DNA of 23,429 nucleotides from a virus: IMG/VR virus record IMGVR_UViG_3300045988_182977, positions 1 to 23,429 of that record; one strand, 5' to 3'. Shown piece by piece: positions 23,110 to 23,429 of this stretch (position 1 is its first letter; each line of letters starts with the position of its first letter). The notes under the pieces were generated by a model. It saw only the letters and a program-made list of their open reading frames with translations, ran no database searches and was not told where the DNA came from. The position numbers and the translations under genes were made by a program.

Positions 23110-23429
23110 TCCTTTCGTAAAATAGTAATAAAACTATAAGTCAGGGCTTGCGCCCTGTGGTCCACTTCGCCAATGTTATGCACTGTTTTAGCCTTTCGAC
23201 ATGGCAGCCGCACATCTCCTACCCTTAGAGATTTTTAACGTAATACATATCAATGGCTTGCGTCATTGATACATACACTGCCCGCAGAGCCCGACACTTG
23301 TGGAGCATAATCGGGGTGCCTATATTATGAAGATGATTGCTCATCAAATGCATAACGGAGTTCGCAGCAACCGAAGTTGCCGTTCACCAAGGCTAATCAA
23401 CCGGGCTTACGAGTTGCCCCGCAAGCCCC
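23110..23429 (-). ncRNA. HEARO / IscB omega-RNA-like structured region (extends beyond or to window edge)
   Basis: Multi-hairpin: GGGCTT...AAGCCC (23403-23428), GCAACTTCGGTTGC (23367-23380), TATCAATG...CATTGATA (23248-23271), CAGGGCGCAAGCCCTG (23142-23157), directly 5' of the IscB-like ORF. Confidence 0.8.

Noticed and set aside
1-23429. CRISPR array
   Set aside because: No regularly spaced direct repeats with unique spacers were seen; the repeated sequences are promoter/leader modules and IS ends.

Overview
The window is gene-dense accessory DNA, probably from a phage or prophage-like element of a low-GC Firmicute. Essentially all supported genes lie on the minus strand. Most are short hypothetical proteins. 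Recognisable items are: a membrane-anchored phage-tail-lysozyme-like protein; an apparent ADP-ribosyltransferase + HD fusion; an ASCH-domain protein; a compact array of six tRNAs; an XRE regulator; an AAA+ ATPase / small ORF / PP-loop (PAPS-reductase-like) overlapping cassette; a Lar-type anti-restriction-like protein; an IS605/IS1341-type TnpB-only element; and an IscB-like RRXRR/HNH gene preceded by a structured HEARO/omega-RNA-like region. Strongest leads: (1) a repeated module at three loci, a near-identical minus-strand promoter, an invariantly spaced 15-nt box (GTAYRATAGATAACA) at the predicted transcript start, and an intrinsic terminator about 100 nt later but still upstream of the RBS and CDS, which suggests a family of ~100-nt leader/small RNAs or attenuators; (2) the ART-like/HD fusion; (3) an IscB-like protein whose RuvC-I Asp appears replaced by Ser, with its putative omega RNA; (4) TnpB with a readable predicted guide; (5) two Ser-type tRNAs with C at position 33, one with a ~49-nt variable region. 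No database or folding software was used, so all names come from motifs.
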